The notes beneath the pieces were generated by a model. That model was not told the DNA's origin. It made no database searches and saw only the letters and a list, made by a program, of their open reading frames with translations. This document shows positions 1 to 10,986 of a stretch of DNA of 42,449 bases, one piece after another (position 1 is the stretch's first letter; each line of letters starts with the position of its first letter). This DNA comes from Octopus bimaculoides (Eukaryota): contig NC_068985.1 of assembly GCF_001194135.2 (NCBI RefSeq), forward strand, positions 6,060,394 to 6,102,842, written 5' to 3'. The translations under genes and the position numbers were made by a program.

Positions 1-327
1 ACAAAGACCTGGAAATAGAGATAACTCGAATGTGGAATCTAAAAACAGAAACAATTCCTATCATAGTAGGTCCCTTAGGTATAATAAAAAAATATTCAGA
101 CAAATACATAACAAAAACACCAGGACTTACAAATATATATAACATACAGAAAATTGCACTACTGGGTACTGCACACATTCTACGCAAAACACTTTCAATA
201 CAGTAAACATAAGAGCACCACACCATACCACAGCACATACCCAAGGCGCACAGAGCTGCGCTCAGTAGTGAAGTGAAAGCACGTTATAAAAATAAAACTA
301 CTGAACAATAATAATAATAATAATAAT
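1..327 (+). mobile_element. 3' end of an R4/Dong-like (RLE) non-LTR retrotransposon, subfamily 1, with (AAT)n tail
   Basis: 3..206 translates KDLEIEITRMWNLKTETIPIIVGPLGIIKK...IQKIALLGTAHILRKTLSIQ*, matching the C-terminus of RLE-type elements (P.I.G.LG...Q...L.GTA.I.R). A 3' UTR and (AAT)7 follow at 307-327. A near-identical copy lies on the minus strand at 21717-21983. Confidence 0.85.
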
Positions 328-1135
328 GCTATTATTTCATTTGTCTTATTCACACTGTTTTAAATTTATATCAATTGACATCTTCAAATGTGGATTGATA
401 TTTCATATTCATGGGAGATTCTTTTCGGTTTTTTTTTAATAATTAATTCAACAATTTAGAATATATTTTTAGATTGAAGAGTTTATTTCATTCAATAATC
501 ACATTTAAATAATAACGGACCTGTCTTTTAATTCACTGGAATAACCGTTGGCAAATTCTACTTTTTGCTATTCTATATAATCTGCCCTTCATATTCTTCA
601 ATTTCTCTTCATAAAATTTGTTAATTTTTTTTTTTTTTGTTTTTCTGACAGTCTCAATTCAAATGTTACCATATTATCATTAATTTCTCTGTTCTCTAAA
701 GTATTTCTGATTATAACAATTTCGTCAAAATTAGCTTTTTTATTGATGGTCGGCATAAAACTGGAAGAGCTGCATATTATTTGCGTAAATGACTTATTGG
801 AACCCTGGAGGATTATGAAGATGCTGTCTTTTTTGGTAGTATTGTATCTAGAATTTGGAATGAGAGAGAAGCAACATGGGAGTGACGTAGAAAAATTGAA
901 ACACTAGCTCTAAAAATATAAGAAAATGTTATAAGTTTTCTTTTTTCAAAAAAATTATTGCTACCCGATCCTACGACTAGAGATCACTATTCGATCTTCT
1001 AGCTAAACCCGGTATCAGTGTAAACTAGATTTGTCACATACGTCAGTACAAATGACTTTAATAATCAGAATAAAACCTACACTTATTGCAACTTGTTAAC
1101 GTGCTGGTAGTTGCGGCTTAGTAACTAAATCAATG

Positions 1136-1179
1136 TTTAGATGTGTATTTTAGATGTGTATTTAGATGTGTATTTTAGA
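1136..1179. repeat. Short tandem repeat, ~3 copies of a 13-14 bp unit (T)TTTAGATGTGTAT
   Basis: Directly visible tandem copies. Confidence 0.8.
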
Positions 1180-2530
1180 CTTCGAACGTAGAAAATTACC
1201 AATTTTATTTGCGCTTTTCGTTTGCCAAATATGTAAAGAATTTTAAAATTATGTTCATTATATATAAAGCAATTGTGAAGAACTTTTGTAAGTATCTATG
1301 TCACATCTTTATGGAAGCAACTTGTATGAAATCTTACCAACTTATAATATCCTCTAAACTTCGTTTACGTCATGAACACGAGAGAAGTATTGACGTCATA
1401 CATTCTTGTGAGAAATTACTTTATTGACATGTATGATCTAATCCTCTTGCTCTTAGAATGAGCATTGGATTGAAGTATAATTGCCATATCACTTCAGCAG
1501 ACGTGTGTATATAAACGATGTTGAAACACGATTAAGCAATACATGCCTTCATGATGTATATATGAAATAACGTATTAGTTGGCTTCAGATCATTAACTAT
1601 TGAGGTAGTTAATGTTCCGACTGGACAGTAAAATCCAATTACATAAAATGTTACAGATGTCATCTTATTGGAATAATTTAATTAACGCTAAAATAACAAA
1701 TATTAATTATAAGAAAGTTTCACCTAATTCCTATTCAAGAGAGGAGGAACTCTTCATATGATATCACTAATTTGTATCGATATTTACTTGTATCTTTTCA
1801 TTTGAAAAAAGTCCGTGGTGTTCTGTTTGATGGAGTATTATATAATACTAATTGAAAAACTTTTTAAATGATTTTTAAAGAAATGCAGACAACGTTGTTG
1901 TTAATGATAGCAAAAGCAGACATTGATTGAAACGTCACTTCTTGGGAAATTTTTCCGTCGTCATTTCTATTTAAAGTCATATTAACTTTTCAAACTTTAC
2001 ATGACTAGACTAGAATAAAAAAGAAAGAAAGAAAAAATCAGAATTTGAAATAATTACCTGGAATGAATCAGATAATGGGATTTAAAATAAATTTATATTT
2101 TTTTGTGTTTTTGATGTGTGACTTATGCAAAGAATCGTGTAGCCAATGTAATAATTTAGATTGCCATGATACTCGTCAAACGTTTTCAAACGACAATAAT
2201 CTCTTTCTGTCTGAAGTTATGTTGGCGAATGCGTCAGATGTTCGATTTACAACAACGCACTCGCGGTATTCCTCGACATTAGGAACGATTCGACACGTGT
2301 GATTCGCAAACGTACTGTGAATGAAATATGGATTAAAGGAGACGGTGCAAAAACCGGTCGGATGTTTGAAACTCTAATTCAAAAGCGTAGCTTTGTTTCA
2401 ATTCATATAACTCTCATTTAACTAACAATAATGCTCATGCAATCAGCGCGTCCGCCGCTCACGGGCAAATTCTACGAGTAGTATTTCATTTAATGACACA
2501 AATAAAGCAAATGCTGTCGACAGAGGAGAC

Positions 2531-3116
2531 ATATTGGATCTTTTTTAAAACGGGGGCCACATTTTTCATCAACGAAACACTTTGAAACTTGGAACACTGG
2601 TAGAATGTGTCATATAAAACATCTTTTTCTCTTAGTCTTCTTTAAAAAAAAAGAAATCCATAAGTTTTTCCATGTTAAAGTTGTCGTATTTCTGTAATTT
2701 CAACCAATCACTGACGTCCATTCAGCCGATATACATTAAGTGCCGACTACATAAACAAACGATTCTGAAACAATTAATCCTAACCCTAACCCTAGGGTTA
2801 GGGTTAGGGTTAGGGTTAAAGCAAATTTAAAATGAAAAAAGCAAATAAAACGAAGTTATGGAGATTAAATACGCTTTACATCGCTTAATCAGCCAAAGGA
2901 GTAAATATAAACAACTGAATACTTGTCAGTGATGGGTTGAAATTATCGAAATAAGACAATTTTTTACATGAAATAAATTCGAATACAAAAATATTTTTCT
3001 GTTCTATAACACAGCATAGATAAGTATACGAAGTTTGAAAGTCTTTCCGTACCAAAAACACTACGTAAAACATTAATGAAAAATGTGGCCCCCGTTTTAA
3101 AATAGATCCGACATAT
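2531..3116. mobile_element. MITE-like non-autonomous element with ~34-bp terminal inverted repeats and a central telomeric-repeat palindrome
   Basis: GGATCTTTTTTAAAACGGGGGCCACATTTTTCAT (2536-2569) is the reverse complement of 3076-3109 with one mismatch. No coding capacity. CCTAACCCTAACCCT|AGGGTTAGGGTTAGG palindrome at 2779-2808. Exact ends and TSD not resolved. Confidence 0.75.
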
Positions 3117-3418
3117 TTAATTTACGTTAATTAATATCCAATCCATCAAAACATACAGAATGTTTATTACTTTTCGAAAGCAATGAGTGTACTTTCATGA
3201 TACGAAAGATTACGTACTCCACATCTGCCACTCTCAGTCAGTGAATCGTCAAATCTGTCCGTCACATGAAGATGTTTCAGTTTCTCTACTTTTCGGGTGG
3301 AAGGCTCTTAAATAATTATTTAAGAAACAAAACTCGAAATTATGGGGAAGCAGCCACTCAACTACAATGATCCGAATGCTCAACTGATACTTTTTTGTTT
3401 TTTATCGAATACAAAATT

Positions 3419-3510
3419 ATGAAAGGCAAAGTCCTTGGAGGAATTCGAATGCCCAGCGAGAACCGGAGGAAAAGCAACTAAGCATTTTTCGGGTGTGCTA
3501 ACGTTTTAAA
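3419..3510 (-). mobile_element. Degenerate partial SINE, family A
   Basis: ATGAAAGGCAAAGTC...AAGCATTTTTCGGGTGTGCTAACGTTT matches the reverse complement of the family A 5' half seen at 26337 and 37700-37853. Confidence 0.6.
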
Positions 3511-3636
3511 CAGCACATGTCTTTGAAGGGCTCATACATAATAGATTTAAACCCCCATTTAAGAATTATAAATTGTTGTTGTGTCATGTAATTGTACATT
3601 TATTTCGATTATTTATGTCCTGTGTGTTTGTGTGTC

Positions 3637-3670
<34 letters not shown>

Positions 3671-3674
<4 letters not shown>

Positions 3675-4040
3675 CCAATGGTTAGGGCAGCGGACATGCG
3701 GTCATAGGATCGCGGTGTCGATTCCAAGACCGGACGTTGTGAGTGTTTATTGAGCGAAAACACATAAAAAGCTCCAGGAGGCTCCGGCAGGGGATGGTGG
3801 CGAATCCTGGTGTACTCTGCCACCACAACTTTCTCTCACTCTTACTTCCTGTTTCTGCTGTGCCTGTAATTCAAAGGATCAGCCTTGTCACACTATGTCA
3901 CGCTGAATATCCCCGAGAACTACATTAAGGGTACACGTGTCTGCGGAGTGCTCAGCCACTTGCACGTTAATTTTACGAGCAGGCTGTTCCGTTGATCGGA
4001 TCGACTGGAACCATAGACGTCGTAAGCGACGGAGTGCCAG
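3671..4040 (+). mobile_element. tRNA-derived SINE, family B, near full length
   Basis: Pol III A box TGGCCCAATGG and degenerate B box GTGTCGATTCC. The body is homologous to 12077-12439 (minus strand) and 40122-40248. Confidence 0.85.
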
Positions 4041-4053
4041 CAAGAAATATATA

Positions 4054-4153
4054 NNNNNNNNNNNNNNNNNNNNNNNNNNNNNNNNNNNNNNNNNNNNNNN
4101 NNNNNNNNNNNNNNNNNNNNNNNNNNNNNNNNNNNNNNNNNNNNNNNNNNNNN
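4054..4153. other. Assembly gap (100 N)
   Basis: N run. Other gaps are at 7503-7622, 19778-19958, 24602-24726 and 31787-31821; all five abut (TA)n on at least one side. Confidence 1.
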
Positions 4154-5182
4154 ATATATATATAGTTATATATGTACATGCCTATAAATGGTGACGCAAA
4201 ATACATTTTGCATACTGTGTTCTGTAAGCAAATAATGAATCGTAATTTTGGCGAGAACTACGAGAAGTTTGATTAAAATATTTCCGTACCATGACATTTC
4301 CTCTTTGCTGCTCATAAGAAGAAATAATTAAAGTTATTTACCCCTGAGATTTTATCATATATCAAAGTTCTTTCTTTGTATACATCAATATTAGATGATA
4401 GTTCAAGAAAATCCTCCAGGATTTCTTGGTAGTGTATATTTGCGAGGAACTGTGTATGAATTTAACAAATAGTGATTAATTCTATGAGTATATTTTTTTA
4501 ATTGCATTAAATTAACTAAGAGAGCATTTTTTTAAAAATAGTAAGAGTAAAGAGGATAGACGAATCTAATTCCCGAATCAAGAATTTATGATTTAACTGC
4601 AACACTTTTCTTGCAGGGTGATAAACATATTGATTTCACGTTGAATTTGAAAACTAAATCACATGGAAATCACCAAGGATCGGAAAGCAAAGCATACGCT
4701 CTATTCATGCAACTGGTTTCTGAGTTGTTTACGTGAAAAGTGTTGGAAGTTATTAAAAGCATGAAAGTCAAAAAGTAACATTTGTTGTTATTCTTGATAT
4801 AATCCCCTTGACTCGGCTTTAGATTAAATACGGAATTGCCAAATCACTTTACCGCACATGTCGATGTAATGGGATTTGAAACTATTCAGACTCTAAGATT
4901 ATACTTATTACACACACGTGAACAGTTATTGGTTGCTTAAAGTGTTATTATTAATAATAATCGTTTATAAAAAAAAAAAGATTGATGGTAGCGGCAAAGT
5001 AGCCAACGTTTCATAATAAGACAATTAGATAATTTTACACTAATTCGCATTTTATGGAGGCTGTTTTAATGAGTTTGTTGATATAGTATTTTACGAATGG
5101 CAAATCATTTGTGAATGTGTAGTATTTCAGATGTAATATTAATACTTTTTTGTGTGTTTTTCAACCAAAGCACGTGGACGAA

Positions 5183-5276
5183 CTGAGAAGAGCGTAGACT
5201 CGAAACGTTAAGACTTTTTCACTTCGCTGTGCGTTAAACAAATATATCATTTTGTTGTCTACACCACCTATCTTCG

Positions 5277-5281
<5 letters not shown>
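5183..5281 (+). mobile_element. Probable Penelope-like terminal-repeat remnant with a degenerate hammerhead-like core
   Basis: CTGAGAA-GAG-cgtaga-CTC-GAAA-CGTTA. The downstream sequence loosely resembles that after the better-preserved motif at 36758-36860. Confidence 0.35.
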
Positions 5282-5318
<37 letters not shown>

Positions 5319-5354
5319 TTTATCAATAGAACTGCAAAGGCATTACAAAATCTG

Positions 5355-5417
5355 TTACTCAGAATTGAGTTTCGCGTTTCCACTCGTCGACGAACGGGAA
5401 CGCTAAACTCTGAGTAA
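5355..5417. repeat. 63-bp fold-back whose two arms are head-to-head hammerhead-like 3' halves
   Basis: TTACTCAG(AATTG)AGTTTCGCGTTTCCACTCGTC|GACGAACGGGAACGCTAAACTCTGAGTAA is an imperfect palindrome centred on CGTC|GACG. Confidence 0.65.
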
Positions 5418-6334
5418 AAGTTTGTACACAGAAGAAATGTACAAGATTGTTAGATTGAAGCACCGATTACTTAACAGTAGACAAGGTCAGGCCTTGAGAT
5501 ATTTAGACCTACGTGGAAAACCTCTAAGCATTTTCATGCAGGTATCAGGTAGGATGACATCCTATAAACAAAAGGAAGGTGCCGAATAATAGCAGTATAT
5601 ATCGATCCATTATCCGTCATAACTTTCAACTAAATATCGTTACTGTCACTAGCTTAAAATATCTTCTTATTCTGATGTCAAAGCAACACATACCGATATG
5701 GAAACTGTTCAGTAATCTAAACCTCAATTTTAAAATGGACCATCTTAAAATGTATTGCTGGAACTCCATCCATGTAACTGTTTTTAATATTAACTCTATT
5801 CAAACGTCTTGTTTTAGCCATTGAAATAGCCTATTAGAAGGCTCAAATATATTTTGACATAATTTAATATATATCAAACTCCAAATTTCAGCCGTGGCAA
5901 TGGTGTTGAGGTCACCCTATGATTAAATTTCATAGCCACACTGGATTTCAATATATCCCCAAGACACAAATAAACTTAGTTTGTTTTATAACCACGCTTG
6001 ATGAAGGACGCTGAATGAAGGTGCATAGTAGATCATGCTGGGTTGCAACTGCGCATACTCTGTGCAACTGTATGACCAACTGTAAAATTAAGAGAAAAAA
6101 ATGATGATGTACCAGTTCCTTTGTAATTGTTTGAAATCTAGAGCCCCTGCTAATACTCATCATCCAGAGAAGAGAACCCGAAGTTACCCATCAGAAGATT
6201 TACAAGGGGCATTGATAATACTAAGTGACCATTGATGCTTATTACTTCTTGATTTAGTTTTCTGAGAACTACCACCGTATCCACCTGGAAATTTATCTCT
6301 ACACACTCACTTTATATGTATATAAAAAAAAGAG

Positions 6335-6635
6335 TAAAGATCCCCTTCAGTCAGGAAAGACCACAGGATTGCACACAGAATGTTCAACTGCGAGGCGCAA
6401 GTCCAGGCAGGTTTGTTTATGGAAGACCAGCCGCTGCCCATGAACACCAGTCTCACCTCCTCACGCCATCGCTGTTGTCCAAGAGAATGTCATAGACCGA
6501 TACAGCTTGGCGACTCATTTCTACAGCTGAGTGCACTGGAAAAACAACAAGAACATAACACATAAACCGGTCCGTGAATCGAACTCACTACCGCATGGCT
6601 GTGAACCCAGCGCCCTAACCACTGAACCATGCGCC
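6335..6635 (-). mobile_element. tRNA-derived SINE, family C
   Basis: The reverse complement starts GGCGCATGGTTCAGTGGTTAGGGCGCTGG...GAGTTCGATTC (A and B boxes), contains CCAGTGCACTCAGCTGTAGAAATGAG, and ends ...GAAGGGGATCTTTA. Single copy in this window. Confidence 0.7.
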
Positions 6636-7330
6636 AAGTGTGATCTTTACAGCCTCACTGACCATTATTAATTTCAGGAACTACATTTCTAGGACTATTT
6701 TTTCCCATCATTCGTATCTAGTTGAATGAATCGTGAAGAAAAATGTGGTAGTTACTTCTAGCATGTCGTTCAAGAGCATACTTGATTAATCACATATTTG
6801 GCTATATCCAGTTAGATAACTATACCGTAGTTTAATTAAATAAACCTATCTGATATACCATTGGCTATGATTTGTATGCCACAATGGTTTATATCCTAAT
6901 CTATTTGATAAATTCACGATTGTTTCATGGTTATGTTGTTTTGTTGCAAAATTCACTCATATTCTGAACACCAAACAGTGCTAGTGTCTGCGTGATAGAT
7001 GGGAAAAAGTAGACGAAATACAGTTGCTGGTCAAATAATGATATTTAGCAGAGAAAATAAATGATGTTGCATTTCGGTGTACTATAACCACTTACTACAG
7101 ATATACGTGCATGAAAAATTTCGAAGCATGTTGGTAGTTGTAATTATTATACTGTCACGTGAAATATAAACTTATAAATCAATATAACATTTTTGATATT
7201 TTCTCACGAAAGTTCCTTTTATAGAGAAGTCATGTTCTAAAAGTAGCCTTAGTTCGATACTGCTAAAATTACAAAAGGAACTTATTAGAAAAATAATAAT
7301 AACAATAAAGGCGATAGGATAAATAGATAC

Positions 7331-7428
7331 AAGAAGAAGAAGAAGAAGAAGAAGAAGAAGAAGAAGAAGAAGAAGAAGAAGAAGAAGAAGAAGAAGAAGA
7401 AGAAGAAGAAGAAGAAGAAGAAGAAGAA
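7331..7428. repeat. (GAA)n microsatellite, ~32 units
   Basis: Directly visible. It produces the poly-Ser ORF in the track. Confidence 0.95.
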
Positions 7429-7622
7429 TGGGAATAGATTGATGAATCCAATTCTCTTAAGTACGAAATAGCCTGGCTATGGAAATTGAAGAGGGTGAAG
7501 ATNNNNNNNNNNNNNNNNNNNNNNNNNNNNNNNNNNNNNNNNNNNNNNNNNNNNNNNNNNNNNNNNNNNNNNNNNNNNNNNNNNNNNNNNNNNNNNNNNN
7601 NNNNNNNNNNNNNNNNNNNNNN

Positions 7623-7663
<41 letters not shown>

Positions 7664-7666
<3 letters not shown>

Positions 7667-8076
7667 GCGCAGGAGTGACTGTGCAGTAAGTAGCTGGCTT
7701 ATCACACACATGGTTCCGGGTTCAGTCCCACTGCGTGGCATCTTCAGCAAGTGTCTTCTCCTATAGCCTCGAGCCGACCAAAGCCTTGTAAGTGGATTTG
7801 GTAGACGGAAACGGAAAAAAGCATGTCGTATATATGTATATATATATGTGCGTGTGTATGTTTATGTGTATGTGTTTGTCCCCTAGCATTGCTTGACAAC
7901 GGATGCTGGTGTATTCATGTCCCCGTCACTTAGCGGTTCGGGAAAATAGACCGATTAAATAAGTAATAGGCTTACAAAGAATAAGTGCCTGGGTCGATTT
8001 GCTCGACTAAAGCAGTGCTCCCGCTTGGCCGCAGTCAAATGATTGAAACAAGTAAAAGAGTAAAAAGAGTAAAGAG
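7664..8076 (+). mobile_element. tRNA-derived SINE with a CORE-like segment, family D, full length
   Basis: A box TGACTGTGCAG, B box GGTTCAGTCCC, CORE-like GGCATCTTCAGCAAGTGTCTT, internal TA/TG tract and (GTAAAAGA)n tail. Homologous to 32419-32802 and 12802-12982. Confidence 0.85.
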
Positions 8077-10502
8077 TATGTATAATAAGTAACACGCACA
8101 AAACGCACATAGCAATGGTAAAAAAGACAGAGAGCATGGTATATTAGTATGATAATGTATACAGTTACATTCGCTCACACGAGAAAAAAAACATGCAGGA
8201 TATATAGTATATATATATTATAGACATATTTAATAAGTTTAAGCAAAGAGATATTGCAACATATGATGTTCAACACAGAAAATTATTTCAAATGCAGACT
8301 TGTATAGAAACCAGTTACATAGAAGGAGTTACTTAATCGGTCGAATGATTTGTAACATGAACATGGCGCCCGCTTAATCCTAAACACACCTGTTTTAAAG
8401 CAAAAATGTATTTTAACACATTATGCTTCACGCATGTTTTGAATATGTATTGATCCGCGGAGTCTCAATGAACTCTAAATGCTAATATAAATCTTCAGAG
8501 CTCTCGTTAACTGCCTAAACTGTTTACTCTCACCAGCTTTAATGACATTGGACATGAAGCTGTGCTACCGAAAAGAAATCAATCAAAAACCAACAACTTG
8601 GCTAATAAAATTTAAAGAAAACAATGCTCTACTACTTGGTCATTATTCTATTGCTAAATGAACGATGTATTTGCAGTGCTATTACACTGAACTGCTATTG
8701 TATTAATTCACTACTTTGTTAAGACAAACACAATTTAGTGATGTCCAGTGACCAAATCGATAGAAGACTTGCATTTATATTAATATGTACACACACTCAC
8801 AAACACATACACATACACACACACTCACGCACACACTCTCACGCACACACACATATGCACATATATCATGTCACATCATAATATAGTTCTATTAAACCTT
8901 TCATTTTCTAAGTTCAAATTCGTTTTGTTGAATATGTTTCTGATCTTTAATAGTATAATATGTCAGCTAATACCAAACGCGATCTTTCATTGAAGGTTAT
9001 TCGGAACGTGATGAACTGTTGTCTTTATACACCCTCTATAATAACACAATAGTAAACTTGTAGTTCGCTTAAATCTCTTTTCTGTCAATTTAGTATTTCA
9101 TACTTGAAAACATTTTTGTTGCTCCAACGTTGGTGAATTTTTGAGTATTGAACCATAAAATGTATTTTTCTTTATTTTTGAATATATCAATTCTAGACTG
9201 TTTACAATAGATTTTGATTGATTTTTTTAGTGAGAAATTTATACTGATCAACCATTAGAAATACTTTTGAGAAAGAAACCTTTGCAAAGATAGAGTGAAT
9301 AAAATGTTCTCTGTCACAATTATTTCACAAATAGTTTAAAGTTTGCATCATATAATTTAGAATCTCTACGAATGAAGAAATATCTTTTACATCAGTGGGA
9401 CGTAATTTGTCTTCATGTTTAGTTCAGTTCTTGTCACGATGGAAGGACTTTATATGCCACACCATTTTCCATAAACATAGCAGTATAATTATGATAGACA
9501 CAGCGATCTATGAAAATATTGTAACCATATGTGAGGCTCCGTGTCTCATAGGATTCCCCTCTTTGTCAAAGGTTAGAAATTTCGATGAAATTTACTTTCA
9601 AACGAGACAATTGTTGGTCGGTTCAATGCTGAAAAGAAGCATGAAGAGGGATTAAATTCAAAGAGCAAAATATGATATTGTTAATTATTGAATGTATACA
9701 GAATAGAGACGCTGTTTTGCATTGCCTGTTGTTCCGGGTTGTAGCGTATCAATGTTCCCAGGAACAAATTTCCTACCTGAATTCATTTGTACCATGAAGA
9801 AACACTATTGACAATATCTTACTGAGACAAAGAACAAAGAACAAAAGTATGAAACTATAGCGATTTACAGTAGGAGAAAAGCAGTTTACAAGTGTTGCAA
9901 TAATTTTGTTTCAGCATCTGTTAAATGTTACCTGAAGACGTGCCGGAATATTTAATTACGAAAATAAAGATGAAAGGAAAGAAGAACAGATTCAAATATA
10001 TGAAACTACGAGAACACGGGAGATTCTTATGTATAACTATCTAGAAGTTCAATACGATCCCTTAATAACAATTACGTTCTGATGTAGACTATTTCAAAAC
10101 TCAATAAAATATTTTTAAAATAATTAACTGCGACATAAGTAGTATTAATAACAAAACACAATGTTGTTCTCCAACTCGACGTGGATGTTGTGTTGCAACA
10201 CAGAATTCTACGTTATTTATCTTGAGAGGATCTCTCATAAAGACTCGCTTTGCCATGTGCTCCATAGTGACATATCCAGCAGCCACATAACAACCGAATC
10301 TCACGTCAACGTTATACGAATTGATACCTAATATACATTCAGTAACATTCGAGTCTGTTTACAATACACCCAATAAGTAGCAATTTTTAAACAGTTACAG
10401 ATTTTTATATTAATTGCTACAATATTTCAGCATTGATGTTTATGTAACAATTTCTGGTAATAGAACTGTCTTTGTTATACTCATTACAGAACCTCCCCTA
10501 CT

Positions 10503-10986
10503 GTTAGAAAATTATCACTTTTAAATCTCACAACGTGAGATATTCAGCAACAGTACTTTGTAGTAAAGATCGTTTGCCGACATAACATGGCAGCCCTGGT
10601 TTAGAACTAATGTCGCTGTAATTTAGCTCCAGGAGACATCGTCTCCAGCTGGCTGTACGACATGATCTGTCTCCTTATATTTTCGAACAAGGGAATCTAG
10701 CACCCCTACTCAGCTCAAATCAATATCTGCGTATCGAACGTGAATTTGGCAGCGCCACACATAGCCGAACAATTATTCTGTGCTGATGAAGAGAAATAAC
10801 GCAGGAATCGCGATACACAGATATTGTTTTGAGGTGAGTGGGGGTGCTAGATTCCCTTGTTCGAAAATATAAGGACAGAGATCATGTCGTATAGTCAGCT
10901 GGAGAAGATGTCGCCTGGGGTTAAATTACAGCAACATTCGTTCTAAACGAGGACTGCCGTGTTATGTTGGCAAATAATCTTTACTA
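10503..10986. mobile_element. Fold-back element, copy 1: ~175-bp inverted arms plus a one-sided ~57-bp extension, with a hammerhead-like motif and a 10-bp direct repeat on both flanks
   Basis: 10560-10737 is the reverse complement of ~10810-10987. CTCCCCTACT occurs at 10493-10502 and 10987-10996. The whole unit, including the extension, is homologous in opposite orientation to 34322-34790. Confidence 0.85.
10778..10820 (+). ncRNA. Degenerate minimal type I hammerhead ribozyme candidate
   Basis: CTGTG (stem I), CTGATGA, broken stem II, GGAA in place of GAAA, palindromic ATCGCGAT (stem III), A as H17, then CACAG completing stem I. Confidence 0.5.

Noticed and set aside
2170-2470. GC-richer, CpG-containing stretch as a transposase or exon fragment
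   Set aside because: No motif recognised in any frame.
2779-2818. Telomere-telomere fusion scar
   Set aside because: The polarity is (CCCTAA)n then (TTAGGG)n, opposite to a fusion. It is also very short and lies inside a TIR element.
4617-4736. Plus-strand acceptor followed by 39 open codons (GDKHIDFTLNL...)
   Set aside because: Unrecognised peptide and no clear donor. Transcript data would be needed.
5990-6085. Strong minus-strand splice acceptor (TTTTTTTCTCTTAATTTTACAG) as an exon start
   Set aside because: No convincing donor or recognisable peptide, and such tracts are common in AT-rich DNA.
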